Shown: positions 1 to 10,589 of the stretch, piece by piece
Layout: each line of letters starts with the position of its first letter
How positions within the stretch are numbered: the stretch's first letter is position 1
Source: Octopus bimaculoides
Lineage: Eukaryota
Assembly (NCBI RefSeq): GCF_001194135.2
Contig: NC_068998.1
Span: forward strand, 24,056,128-24,096,592
Direction: 5' to 3'
DNA length: 40,465 bases
Program-made: the position numbers and the translations under genes
The notes under the pieces: generated by a model
What the model was told of the DNA's origin: nothing
The model's database searches: none
The model's input: only the letters and a program-made list of their open reading frames with translations

Positions 1-80
1 CTTTTCAATATCAGTGAAGAATTTCACTGGAAAAGAAGATATAAGGTTTGCCAGGTTTTTGTCTCTCTCACCAAGGTCAT

Positions 81-140
81 CAGCTGTCGAACGCCGACGA
101 AGGGAAATAACCCTGAAATCCGGATACGTTCGTGCTGCTG
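81..140 (+). ncRNA. Minimal type I hammerhead ribozyme (PLE/retrozyme-type), U4C core variant
   Basis: Stem I CGAACG(88-93)/CGTTCG(127-132), extended by CAGC/GCTG. Core CCGACGA(94-100), stem II AGGG-aaataa-CCCT(101-114), GAAA(115-118), palindromic stem III ATCCGGAT(118-125), NUH triplet ATA(124-126). All elements are in the canonical order. Confidence 0.75.
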
Positions 141-414
141 GTCGAGGTGAGAGGGATAACTCCCTTGGCAAACAGGACACAGTCGTGTGTCGATAAGCCA
201 GCTGGAGGAGATGTCCTCCTGGGGCTAAAAGCAACAGTAACATCCACCCCTAGGGGTCAGCCACACTTAAGTGGCAATATACTACACTTTATCGTGCAGT
301 TACCGTTAATACTTCATTTAGAGAATTAACATATATATATATATATGTATATATATATAATAGATATATCATATATTATAGATCATATATTATGTATTGT
401 ATACGATAAAGATG

Positions 415-646
415 TATTGGGTTGTCCGGAAAGATCGCACCGATTTATAGTAGCTTAACTTTCGACTCATTTGCCATGAAACCACCTCAATTCTGGGAAG
501 AGGGTATTTTCAAGTTAAAGGAAAGATAGAGACGCATTGTGCAACAAAATGGTTCATATTTGGTTGATTAAAAATGTAATGGCAAGTATTTATTGACCCT
601 TTTCTTTCCTTTAAAAATCGGCACGAACTTTCCGGACAACCCAATA
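415..646 (+). mobile_element. Internally deleted mariner (Tc1/mariner) MITE-like element
   Basis: 32-bp terminal inverted repeats including the TA (tattgggttgtccggaaagatcgcaccgattt / aaatcggcacgaactttccggacaacccaata, 3 mismatches). The interior encodes the mariner C-terminus FAMKPPQFWEEGIFKLKER*RRIVQQNGSYLVD*. Confidence 0.9.
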
Positions 647-695
647 TATATCATATACGTGTATGGGTGAGAGAGAGAGAGAGAAAGAGAGAGAT

Positions 696-890
696 AATCG
701 TAAGCACGCCGGGCGAAATGCTTAGTAGTATTTCGTCTGTTTTTACGTTCTGAGTTCAAATTCCGCTGAAGTACACTTTGCCTTTCATCATTTCGGGATC
801 GATAAATTAAGTACCAGTTGCATACTGGGGTCAATCTAATCGACTGCCCCCTTCCCCAAAATTTTGGGCCTTGTACTTAGAGTAGAAAAG
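696..890 (+). mobile_element. tRNA-derived SINE, family A (Meta/MESC-like central domain), 5'-truncated
   Basis: B-box-like ttctgagttcaaattcc followed by ctttgcctttcatcatttcgggatcgataaattaagtaccagtt. Homologous to 891-1089, 26773-26990 and 30425-30548 in this window. Confidence 0.8.
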
Positions 891-1089
891 AACCGTTAGT
901 ACGCCGGGCAAAACAATTTGCGGCATTTCGTCCGTCCTTGCGTTCTGAATTCAAATTCCACTGAGGTCGACTTTGTTTTTTATCCTTTTGAAGTCGATAA
1001 AATAAGTACCAATTAAACCCTGTGGTCGATGTAATCGACGTACCCACTTTCCCGATATGACTGGTCTTGTGCCAAAATTTGAAACCAAT
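891..1089 (+). mobile_element. SINE family A, second head-to-tail copy
   Basis: Same motifs: ttctgaattcaaattcc, gaggtcgactttg, gtcgataaaataagtacc; tail gtgccaaaatttgaaacc. Confidence 0.8.
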
Positions 1090-1806
1090 CTTATAGCTAA
1101 TATCATAAACTTTGTACTCCAGTATTTTGCTTATCTTCTTGAGCATGTTTGCGCACGCACGCACACACACACACACACACATAAATATCTATATAGAAAT
1201 GCATGTATGTAGTGTCTGCAATTGATAGCATATCAATGTTCTTCAAAATACGCTGCCGTCCTTCAAAACCAGCAGAGTGTGCACCGTTTCTGTCTGATCG
1301 TTTTTTCAAACTCACTTTGTTCGCTCTTTATGTTCCTCTTTTCTTACTAACCATATGTTGTTTCTTTATTCATTCCATTTTATTTATCTATTCGTTTATG
1401 CTATAAATCTCCTAAATTAATACTAGACAATTCGATCAATCTCTCATTTGAAATTGTTTCTCTTTTTAGACACATATTTTCGTTCTACGCCAGCTTCTTT
1501 TATAAGCCTATTTTATTTTTCTGATTATTATTATTAATTTTTTTTACTTCACTGTATTTATATACAGATTTGTTCTCCGAACTGGCATTATTCTATGACC
1601 ATCGCTTTCTTAAATTAAATCATAAATGGCATCATGCTGAGTGCATCTTTGCCTCAGTCAGCTTTCTCTCTGCAGTAGTTTTGACTTCTTTCATTCACCA
1701 TGTATCGTTCTAATTCTGAGACTGTTCGTTCCCTTACTAGCACCCACCTATATATAGGAACACGACGGATGCGTATACATTTATTTATATATGTTTTATA
1801 TCCTGG

Positions 1807-2640
1807 TGTTGGATAAATAATTTAACGAAGCACAGGGAAAGAAAGTATTCACATGGTGAAATGCGATTACTGTTACACGAGATTCACTGCTCTGTCAACT
1901 GCTCAGTCAATTGCTCACAATCAGTCGCTGCTTTCCACTTGACAGTTCTTTATTTTATTGAAATGCGTCAGTCCACTTTTAGTCACATGGGGGCTGGTCA
2001 GAATTCTTCCACAACATCTCCCATTTTGAGAGTTATCCTCTCATAACATCTCCGCTTTTGGGAAATTAAACTCCGTCCAGAGTTTTAATATCCATTACGC
2101 TTGGGGTTTATTTAATTCCAGTATTTCCGTTCTTTTCCCTTCTCTGTTATTTGAATGTGTAGTTTTAATGTGTTTGGGTGTTGGTGCCTCCAACGGGTCG
2201 TACAATACTTCCATAAGAATTTCATCTCTTGTGACTGTTTCATCCATGAATCTTTTTTAAGTTGGTTTATATGTCTTTTATGTTCGACATTGTTTTCCTT
2301 TTACCAAAAAAGTATTAAATATTCTGTTTAATGATTACTCTGTCCTCCCATGTTTATTTACCACATCTATAGGTTAAAAAAAAGCTTTGCCACCTAACTT
2401 GAATTCTGAAGCATATTGTTCAACTTTTTTCTATTTTATCTCGCTACCAGTTTATCAAAGACGAATCTGATCTTTCTTGCAAATATCAATTCCGCGTTTG
2501 TGTTATTAATTTTTACATACACAGATTTCATTCGAGGATCGTTCGTATTTTTTGTCACCGACACCTTGTCTACGCGAGTTTTGCTCTTGAACCGTCTTTT
2601 AGACCTATCTAGATGTTCCTTTCTTTACGATCCTCTAACC
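1807..2640 (-). mobile_element. Gypsy-type LTR retrotransposon 3' end: integrase C-terminus, PPT and 3' LTR (1807-2048)
   Basis: Minus-strand translation gives AELIFARKIRFVFDKL and KRHINQLKK (integrase C-terminal motifs). A purine-rich tract (aaaagcggaga, just above 2048) abuts an LTR with TGTT...AACA termini. Confidence 0.75.
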
Positions 2641-2641
2641 T

Positions 2642-2710
2642 AACAGTTCGACAAAAGATACCGATAGAATAAGTACTAGACTTAAAGATAAATACCATGG
2701 TCGGTTTATT
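2642..2710 (+). mobile_element. SINE family B 3' fragment
   Basis: cagttcgacaaaagataccgatagaataagtactagactt matches the 3' halves at about 13500 and 30090. Confidence 0.55.
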
Positions 2711-2844
2711 CATCAAAATCTTTCAAGACGATGCCACAGCATGGCCACAATTCAGAGAGTGAATCGAGGAAATGGTAAAGGATAAAAATACATTCAGAAA
2801 GATACACACAAATACACGCGTATACATGCACACATATGAAGTGA

Positions 2845-2862
2845 ATGTGTGTGTGTATGAGC

Positions 2863-2904
<42 letters not shown>
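2845..2904. repeat. (GT)n microsatellite
   Basis: Direct reading. Confidence 0.95.
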
Positions 2905-2905
<1 letters not shown>

Positions 2906-2907
<2 letters not shown>

Positions 2908-3190
2908 GGCGCATGGTTTAGTGGACAGGGTATTCGCCTCAGGGACATAAGGTTGTGACTTCGATTCCTGGCAGCGCGTTGTGTCCTTGACGCAGACGCT
3001 TCAATTCACGGTGCTCTTGTCCACTCAGCTAGCAGGAAAGTGCATTACCTGTAATTGAAACGGCCGGCTTGTCACATTCTGTATCATACTGACTCTACCC
3101 ATGAACTACGTTGTGGATACGTGGGTCATCATAGTACTCGATCACTTTTCACGTTAATTTTAGGTAAGCCGTTTTCAGCAGGTTTTAACT
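2906..3190 (+). mobile_element. tRNA-derived SINE family C
   Basis: A box tggtttagtgg, B box ggttgtgacttcgattcc, CORE-like gtgtccttga. The 3' part (cttgtcacattctg...actacgtt...gtactc) is homologous to 23285-23390 and 27680-27800. Confidence 0.75.
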
Positions 3191-4315
3191 AACCTAAAGT
3201 TCGATCAATGCCAAGCAGTGATTATCACTGCTTAGCGTTGGTACTGTGAATTTCTTCCGACCTGGCAATCTAATGGCACGAATCATGACTGCGTTATAGT
3301 TAAAGCTACGGCTTTAATTAAGTTTGTCTAGAGTTGCCTCTCCTCTGTATTTCCTATTGATAGGGTTAAAGAGCTAGAAACGTTCCTGTGGGAGCACTGC
3401 ACAGATATGTAGTTTTTAAATCCTTGTAACATAATAGAAAATTTTTCTCCACGGTAGCTGAAGTGAGTTTGACTTCGAAAGTTGAAGTATATTACAAACC
3501 TAAAGTTCGCATATATATATATATATATATATATACTGGAGTAAGCACACAAAATGTGCAACAAGGTGGAAAAAAGAGTACTCAAATACCAGAGGTAGAG
3601 TAATATGCTTTATTTAAAAGGAGCAGAAATATAACAAAAAGACTGTTACTCNNNNNNNNNNNNNNNNNNNNNNNNNNNNNNNNNNNNNNNNNNNNNNNNN
3701 NNNNNNNNNNNNNNNNNNNNNNNNNNNNNNNNNNNNNNNNNNNNNNNNNNNNNNNNNNNNNNNNNNNNNNNNNNNNNNNNNNNNNNNNNNNNNNNNNNNN
3801 NNNNNNNNNNNNNNNNNNNNNNNNNNNNNNNNNNNNNNNNNNNNNNNNNNNNNNNNNNNNNNNNNNNNNNNNNNNNNNNNNNNNNNNNNNNNNNNNNNNN
3901 NNNNNNNNNNNNNNNNNNNNNNNNNNNNNNNNNNNNNNNNNNNNNNNNNNNNNNNNNNNNNNNNNNNNNNNNNNNNNNNNNNNNNNNNNNNNNNNNNNNN
4001 NNNNNNNNNNNATATATATATATATATATATATATATAGTCGACAGGTGAGTTCCAGTGATTCTCAGTATTGTTACGCTCCAGGCGCCCTCCTGATACCA
4101 CCAACAGGCTCCTGTGTCAGTATTTTCTTTGAAATTTGCTCAGTTTCATTGAAACAGATAGTTCAGTAAGGAAGACCTTTATGGCGTAGCGTTGCTAGCT
4201 GTTGCGTTTGTCGAGTAAATATTAAAATCAAAGGTCTTCTCGCTGTAAACATCCCATGTTTTTCTTAAGCATATTGTATCAACAAATATATTATCCAAAA
4301 TATATCTCTCCTTTA

Positions 4316-4440
4316 TAGGCGTGTTTGCGTGGTTGAGTAGCTTGCTTTCCAACGATGTCGCCTTGGATTGACTCCCACTGTGCATCACGTTGGGAAATTT
4401 TCTTTCGATACAGCTCCGTGCCGACCAAAGCCTTGTGTAT
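4316..4440 (+). mobile_element. SINE family B 5' half
   Basis: ggcgtgtttgcgtggttgagtagcttgctttccaac...cccactgtgcatcacgttggg...ccgaccaaagccttgtg, homologous to 13237-13400. Confidence 0.7.
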
Positions 4441-4689
4441 TATATAATTGCAATTACTGTATTGATATATGAAATAACACATGCAACTCACTTATCATTG
4501 TCATCTATATATATATAAAATACTTTATCTCTGTCTGTCTGCGTCTGTTCCCAAACCGCACCACCAAATCAAATCAAATTTTACAAGATAATGGTATCAC
4601 ACCCCACAAGTGCCAAAATGTAATTTGTTTCATTTCGATATAAACCTTTATAGAGATAATCTTTTTCCAGTCAAATACAGTACAGTATA

Positions 4690-5490
4690 TTTTATACCAC
4701 GACGACGAGTGTCTGTCAGTGTATGAGTGTGAGTGTATGAGTGTGCATGTGTCTATCAGTGTGTGCGTGTTTCCACGCTCGACGACAGCGTCTTTTTTTG
4801 CTTATGAGTATCTATGTGTGTGTGAGTGTATGAGTGAGTATGTGTCTGAGTGTGTGTGCTTCTGCGTTAGGTACGTTATACAACATACACACACATTTAC
4901 ACTTACCTATATATATGTGACGGCTGATATGCGTGAATGTATGTGTGTGTGTTTCTCTCCTACTATATAGCAACTGTCAACATGTAATATTTTTTTCATT
5001 TCCATTAAAATAATATAACATTTTATAGACATAATCTTTCTACAGTTAACTATAGTACAGGACATTTTATATGAGTGTGATTGTGTCTGTGTGTGTGTTT
5101 GCGCGTTCAATACGCACGAGATAGTAAAGGACATTCTATACCACGACGACGACGATGGTGTCACATTTTGAATATGTGTGTGCGTACGGGTCTGTGAGTG
5201 TATGTGTGTGGGTGTATGAGTGTGTATGTCTTTCTGACTGTGTGTTTCCGCATTAGGCACGTTATTAAACATACATACATTTTGACATACGTGATATCTG
5301 ACATGCATGAATGTGTGTCTTTGTGTGTCTCTTACTGCATGTGTGTGATTTTATGTGAGAGTGTGTGTGTGCATTCATATACATTTTGTACATGAATGTG
5401 TATATGTCTGTGAGTGTGTGTGTTTGCGCTTTCGTTACGTACGTTAAGCACACACATACATCCACACGTACATATGCATATGTGACGAGA
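4690..5490. repeat. Degenerate GT/CA-rich tract with imperfect internal duplication
   Basis: tataccacgacgacga at about 4693 and 5136. Related tgtgtg-tttgcg/ttag-gtacgtta blocks at about 4855, 5240 and 5418. Confidence 0.7.
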
Positions 5491-5845
5491 ACCTCTGGAT
5501 TTGAAACTTGACAAAAAGCAATTAGGTGGAAGGTCTAATGTATATCCAAATACACACATCTACCATTCAATTAATACTTCATAATTATCACAGCAGTTGC
5601 AATGCTGGAAAGTGTTTACAATTTGCTTATATTTAGTTAATTTACACTGCATACAAAAATACAGACATACTACATACATAGAACTGCTTACAAAAATAGA
5701 TATTAATGTATATATATAAATACATATATATATTATAGTCATAACTTTTGGTTTAAAATATTGAAAAAATTATGCCACTAAACAAAACAACTTAATCTCT
5801 CCAGAGTCACCTATAAAGCAAGGAGTGCAGAAAACCGAAGACGAA

Positions 5846-6123
5846 AGTCTCAAAAGATAAGGGACATGAGGCTTTCTCAATATCATCAAAGCCATGTTGC
5901 AGCACATCAGATGGAGTCTCAATACAGAAGGGACACGAAACTTTCCAAAGAGCACCAAAAGCATTCTGTAGCACATTGAATACAGTTTCAAGAGAGAGAG
6001 GGGAGAGAAGACTTTCTCAACATCAGCAAAGGTATGCTGCAGCACGTCAGATGCAGTCTCAAGAGAGAAGGGAGATGAGACTTTTCCGAGATCAGCAAAG
6101 GAATGCTGCAGCACTTAATGCTG
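5846..6123 (+). repeat. Four 69-bp (23-codon) tandem units, STPR-like
   Basis: Units start with agtctcaa/agtttcaa at 5846, 5915, 5984 and 6055 (unit 3 has a 2-nt AG slip). Example unit: SQERREMRLFRDQQRNAAALNAE. Confidence 0.85.
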
Positions 6124-6441
6124 AATCATTAGAACAATGTTTAACACACCAGATAACACAGAAGTCCAATAGAATGGCTCTCAGAAACAAACCATGCACA
6201 AATTCGTTCTTCACAACACTTAGAGATTCTTTCAGATATGATCGATAATATTCTTATAAAAATGACAATTCTGTCCAAATGGTGTAGTAAACTTAAATTG
6301 TCGTTTGTGCAAAGCTTTAAAATTTACTCTACAAATGTTTTGTCGTCAATGCTGCACTTTCCCGTATCACCTGTTTCAACATAACTGTAATAGGTACAAA
6401 CTATTACTAATCCTGGGCAACGCCGGGTATCACTGCTAGTA

Positions 6442-6480
<39 letters not shown>

Positions 6481-7549
6481 CATATTTTGTATATCAAACC
6501 CAAGCTGTTATATTTGATTTGTTTATCCGCATAATNNNNNNNNNNNNNNNNNNNNNNNNNNNNNNNNNNNNNNNNNNNNNNNNNNNNNNNNNNNNNNNNN
6601 NNNNNNNNNNNNNNNNNNNNNNNNNNNNNNNNNNNNNNNNNNNNNNNNNNNNNNNNNNNNNNNNNNNNNNNNNNNNNNNNNNNNNNNNNNNNNNNNNNNN
6701 NNNNNNNNNNNNNNNNNNNNNNNNNNNNNNNNNNNNCAAAACCGACTTTGAGCAACCACATTAAGTGCTGCGTTAAGGCTTGTTTTATTTCATATATTTT
6801 AGTCGATTGAATACTTACTAATTACTTTGTAGTCCCATGAGGGATAAAGCGACGTATTCGATGTTGCCTTGGTTGTTATTTGTTTAAAAATGTTATTTCA
6901 TTCTTTTTTTATTCCGTAACATATCGGTGGATACAATATTTAGTTTAAAATCTTTGAAATATAATTTGTTGTAAGTACATTGTTAACAGAACCAGATAAA
7001 AAATATGTCTTTTTAATGATGCTTACGTTGTTTGAAAGAAACCTTATCTAATCGGACATAATTTGACATCAGCAGTCTCATACAAGATGACAATAAATAA
7101 AATCATAATTTTGTAATGCTTATTCTTCGAAAGAATAATGAAACCTCAGAATTCTTTAAAACTTCATACAAAATTATAAACAACTTTGTTTTGTCTACTA
7201 AAATGCTTTGATAAAAATCTATCGTAGATACTCAGGAGACAAAATCTGAGTTGTATTTACTAAGAATATGAATGAAATATGATGTTTTCCACCGAATATT
7301 GAATTTCATACTTAAAATTACAAGAGATCAATAGATTAAAATGAAGAATGGGTACGGATGAAAGAAACGATATCTGTAGCGCTATATACCCTATTAAACT
7401 GTCCTTGTGTCAGGAATATATTTTCCGAACAAAGATATTAATCTAACACATGCTGTATAACTTTGGGTTGTCCAAAGAACATGATAATGCAATTTATTTA
7501 TAAAATATACCTTCCGTTTTTCAATTTCGCAATTCTAATTTTACTCCAG

Positions 7550-7672
7550 GATTTTCTCTAGCACTCAAATTGATCCTCACTAGAGAAGGAGTTGGTCTAG
7601 AACATTCAACAAAAGCATAGTGTTCTCAGTTTTATTAGTGGAATTTCATATTTGCTTCTCCACTTATGTTTG
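7550..7672 (+). pseudogene. Degenerate SLC16/MCT-like exon (TM10b-TM11), opposite strand to the main locus
   Basis: ttactccag| ... |gtaagt, 123 bp, phase 1-1. With two compensating frameshifts it reads GFSLALKLILTREGVGLEHSTKA(Y)SVLSFISGISYL(L)SPLMFG, matching the MCT pattern G-L-E...A-x-G...G...P..G. Confidence 0.6.
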
Positions 7673-8308
7673 GTAAGTTTATCAATGCTAATATTCAGTT
7701 TGTTTCTTTAAGTTAGGAGTAGAAGTACCGACAATGAAGGTCTTAAATAATACCATTTTCTATTGGGTTTAATGGGTCAAGACCGTTTTGAATTGTACAA
7801 CTTTGCGTTTCTCTCTCCTTAGGAAAAATAAATATATATATAGTCCTTAACCTTGAATTCAATTTTAATTCTCTTTATGTGAAGACAAGAAATTACAATA
7901 ATCGTTATTAATATCTTCAAGCGATTGACTTGTTTTTCTATTTTTTCGGTATCAAGGAAGAAAAGGCACGTGAATAATTTAATGGAAATGACCTACCTAG
8001 CGAAACTACTACTTAACAAATGCTAAACTCAGTGTCTTTTGAATTTATCTGAATAGATACTCTTGTATTACTTAAAAGCAATTTTATTCACACCTACACC
8101 TGGAGGAAGAAGTACTTAAAATGGGGTAATATATATAAATATATATATCTATATATATTTCTTAAACATTCTCTAGAACGCTACGTTATGCAAAACCAAA
8201 TATATGGCACTCTAGACATAACACCAAATCGAACTTCTAATTTGTTGTCTCATGCGGTCTCTGGGTGAGACTTGAAGTCCAGTTGTACAAATACAAAGCA
8301 AACGTCAA

Positions 8309-8321
8309 AATAATAATAATG

Positions 8322-8395
<74 letters not shown>

Positions 8396-8447
8396 AAGAA
8401 GAAGAAGAAGAAGAAGAAGAAGAAGAAGAAGAAGAAGAAGAATGCTG

Positions 8448-8496
<49 letters not shown>
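8309..8496. repeat. Compound (TAA)n-(GAA)n-(TAA)n microsatellite
   Basis: Direct reading. Confidence 0.95.
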
Positions 8497-8499
<3 letters not shown>

Positions 8500-8504
8500 G
8501 AATA

Positions 8505-8700
8505 ATACTTAAATGAGATAAGAGAACAACTAAAGGAAGATATACTCGCCAAAGCACAGAGAATCCGCTGGTATGTTCAACTCCAACCTCCAAAAGCAGT
8601 TCAACTCCATCCTCCAAAAGATTCTACCAAGAACTTAGCAAGAATAAAATAGAGATCAATGCAGCACCAACAGCTGAAGAAGCTCGGAATTCCCGGTACA
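8505..8700 (+). mobile_element. R4/Dong-clade non-LTR retrotransposon fragment (region upstream of RT)
   Basis: REQLKEDILAKAQRIRWY ... (K)FYQELSKNKIEINAAPTAEEA resembles the R4-clade pre-RT segment. It starts next to a TAA repeat. Confidence 0.6.
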
Positions 8701-8701
8701 T

Positions 8702-10095
8702 TCACCCACATTTTTGCAAATTATTGGGAGACATCATCTTCCTTTTCATCCTCACTTTTCTTTCCAACTTGAAACGTTGATGAGAGTTTTGTCGAAGAAG
8801 CAAGTGTCTTTTACCAGACCTTTTTGTCGTACCCATCACACAAGATCTTGCGCCATAACCACTAGACAGCAGGAAAATCTTTGTATTATCCAGTAAAAGA
8901 AAGATGGAGGGGAAACCTCCACAATAAAGTCGACTGAAAGCAAAGTCTATCGTATATGTCATGTCAGCAACGCTCGAGCAGTGTACGAGCGCGTGCAGTG
9001 TACGAGCGCGTGTTTCGTTAGGCTGCGCACAGCTTAGGCAAGCGTTGCTGATGGCACTACTATGTTTGTTGAGTTTATCACGAACCCACAACATTCACCT
9101 GTAGTAGCTTCCATGCTAAGGATTTCTAAAAATTACTCATGGGTCCCGTCTAGAAAGTCCTACGCAAAGACCAACCCAAAGGTTTGTCAGGACGTTGTCG
9201 CGCTTAGACACCACCACTAATCCTCTAGAGATTACCATAGTAGAACTTCCATCAACCGCATTGACCGGCTGGCAAGAAGGTTGTGAGCGCCTAACGATAC
9301 TTTAGACATCAAGAGCTCTGCCTCAGTAAAGGTATGTAGCTTCGTCAAAAAGACGAGGTCACAAAGTGAGTCTGACAATCGGTAACCATACCTGCTCACT
9401 GCCACGGAAAAGCTTGAGTTGCTGTAGCCTCAGTACATTTTTGCACATCATTATCTCGGGCATATCCACTTCTCTACGCAACGTATGCTGACAATAAGTG
9501 AACTGTCAGGCCACTGAACACATCCACTTTTCTGAAAGTGGAAGATAAGTTTTCATTCTGGTCAGATATGATTCGGAGCAAAGTGTGACGATCAGGCAAT
9601 AGTAGATAACAGATATGATGTAAGAATTCACAACCTCTATCCGATCCTTCAGGATTAGTTTCTTTTCAACAAATTTCTGAACGAAATTAGTTAAATTGCT
9701 TGTCACCTCCTTCTTGTCCATCTGGAGGTGTCCACCAAATATAACCTCAGTAATTTTAACATTGTGTTCTTACAGCGCCCTATGATGCTAATGTATTCTG
9801 TCATGGACCTGCCTTTCCAGCTGTCGAATAGTGTCGAGTACCATTATTTCTCCAATTCTTTGCTTGTCACTATCCACCGGAGATCACTTGTAGTGCTACA
9901 ATTACCTTCTTTGTTTCCGGATAAGCGGGACGGGAAACAGAGTGATGATCTCATTGTGGTGCATTGTGTAGGGTTCAGCCTTGAAAATCAACCCCCGCCA
10001 AAATGCCTTGCCCTAGATACATGTTCGATCTCTCGCCATAATCCCAGAAGACACTTTTTACTTGTGCATTCCTGGTCGTATCCAGGCGATATTTA
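8702..10095 (-). mobile_element. L1/Tx1-like LINE ORF2 relic (RT, thumb, C-terminal zinc-binding domain)
   Basis: *GKAF (degenerate D-x-x-KAFD motif), LQMDKKEVTSNLTNFVQKFVEKKLILKDRIEVVNSYIISVIYY, and VRDKLNKHSSAISNACLSCAQPNET..LHALVHC (CCHC). Many stops and frameshifts; 17-bp tandem duplication at 8978-9011. Confidence 0.8.
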
Positions 10096-10149
10096 ACTGT
10101 CTTCTTTGAAGTTACAGGATTTATTTTAGGAGGAGGCGCAAGCTTCTAC

Positions 10150-10500
10150 TGCCAGAGATAAATAATTGTTGCTGCAACTATTAACGCTGTTGTTACTGCC
10201 ACTGAAGCTCCTGCTGCTGTTACTTTTGCTGTCATTGTTACTATTATTATTACTTTTCTGAACTTTGTTGTAGCTATTGTTATTTTTACTGCCCTTAACG
10301 TTTGCTGCTGTTGGTGTGATACAATATTTTTAATTTTGAAACTTCAACAATGAGAACTCTTCTTCCCCTTCCATGAGCAAAACGCTATCTTTTCTAACAC
10401 TGCTTCTGCTGTTGTTGTTATTGTTGTTTTTGTTAATGCTGTTGTTCTTACAGTTGTTGCTGTCGTTCTTACAGTTGTTGCTGCAACCTTTCGGGCTTTC
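10150..10500. repeat. Low-complexity TTG/TGC/TTA triplet tract
   Basis: Direct reading. Confidence 0.7.
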
Positions 10501-10589
10501 AACTATCAACGTTTGAGAAAAATTCTCCTCCCTTCTGGCTGCGGGTTGAAGTGGATGCTGTTGACACGTGGGGCACATATACTTCCGAT

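Larger units (their letters stand above)
4504..6439 (+). mobile_element. Non-autonomous Helitron with both termini
   Basis: 5' end A|TCTATATATATATAAAA at 4504. 3' hairpin cctgg-gcaacg-ccggg (6412-6427), then CTAG|T (6436-6440). Internal RepHel N-terminal relic: 69-bp repeats, then FRYD... and CRLCKALKF (Cys cluster typical of Helitron RepHel N-termini). Confidence 0.75.

Noticed and set aside
1575-1752. Minus-strand exon-like stretch WVLVRERTVSELERYMVNERSQNYCREKA
   Set aside because: Contains several stops, has no recognisable family and a weak donor.
3213-3233. Near-perfect palindrome aagcagtgat-t-atcactgctt (and aactgctat-tt-atagcagtt at 32808-32827)
   Set aside because: Hairpins of 9-10 bp can arise by chance in 40 kb of AT-rich DNA, and there is no supporting context.
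3540-3651. Possible 3' half of a minus-strand hammerhead (GAG-TA-ACAGT) running into the gap
   Set aside because: The catalytic core would lie in the Ns and cannot be supported.
6737-6780. KPTLSNHIKCC, a possible RTE terminal zinc-finger remnant
   Set aside because: Too short, and the upstream part lies in a gap.
7455-7485. ttgggttgtccaaag resembling the mariner TIR
   Set aside because: No partner TIR or transposase sequence nearby.
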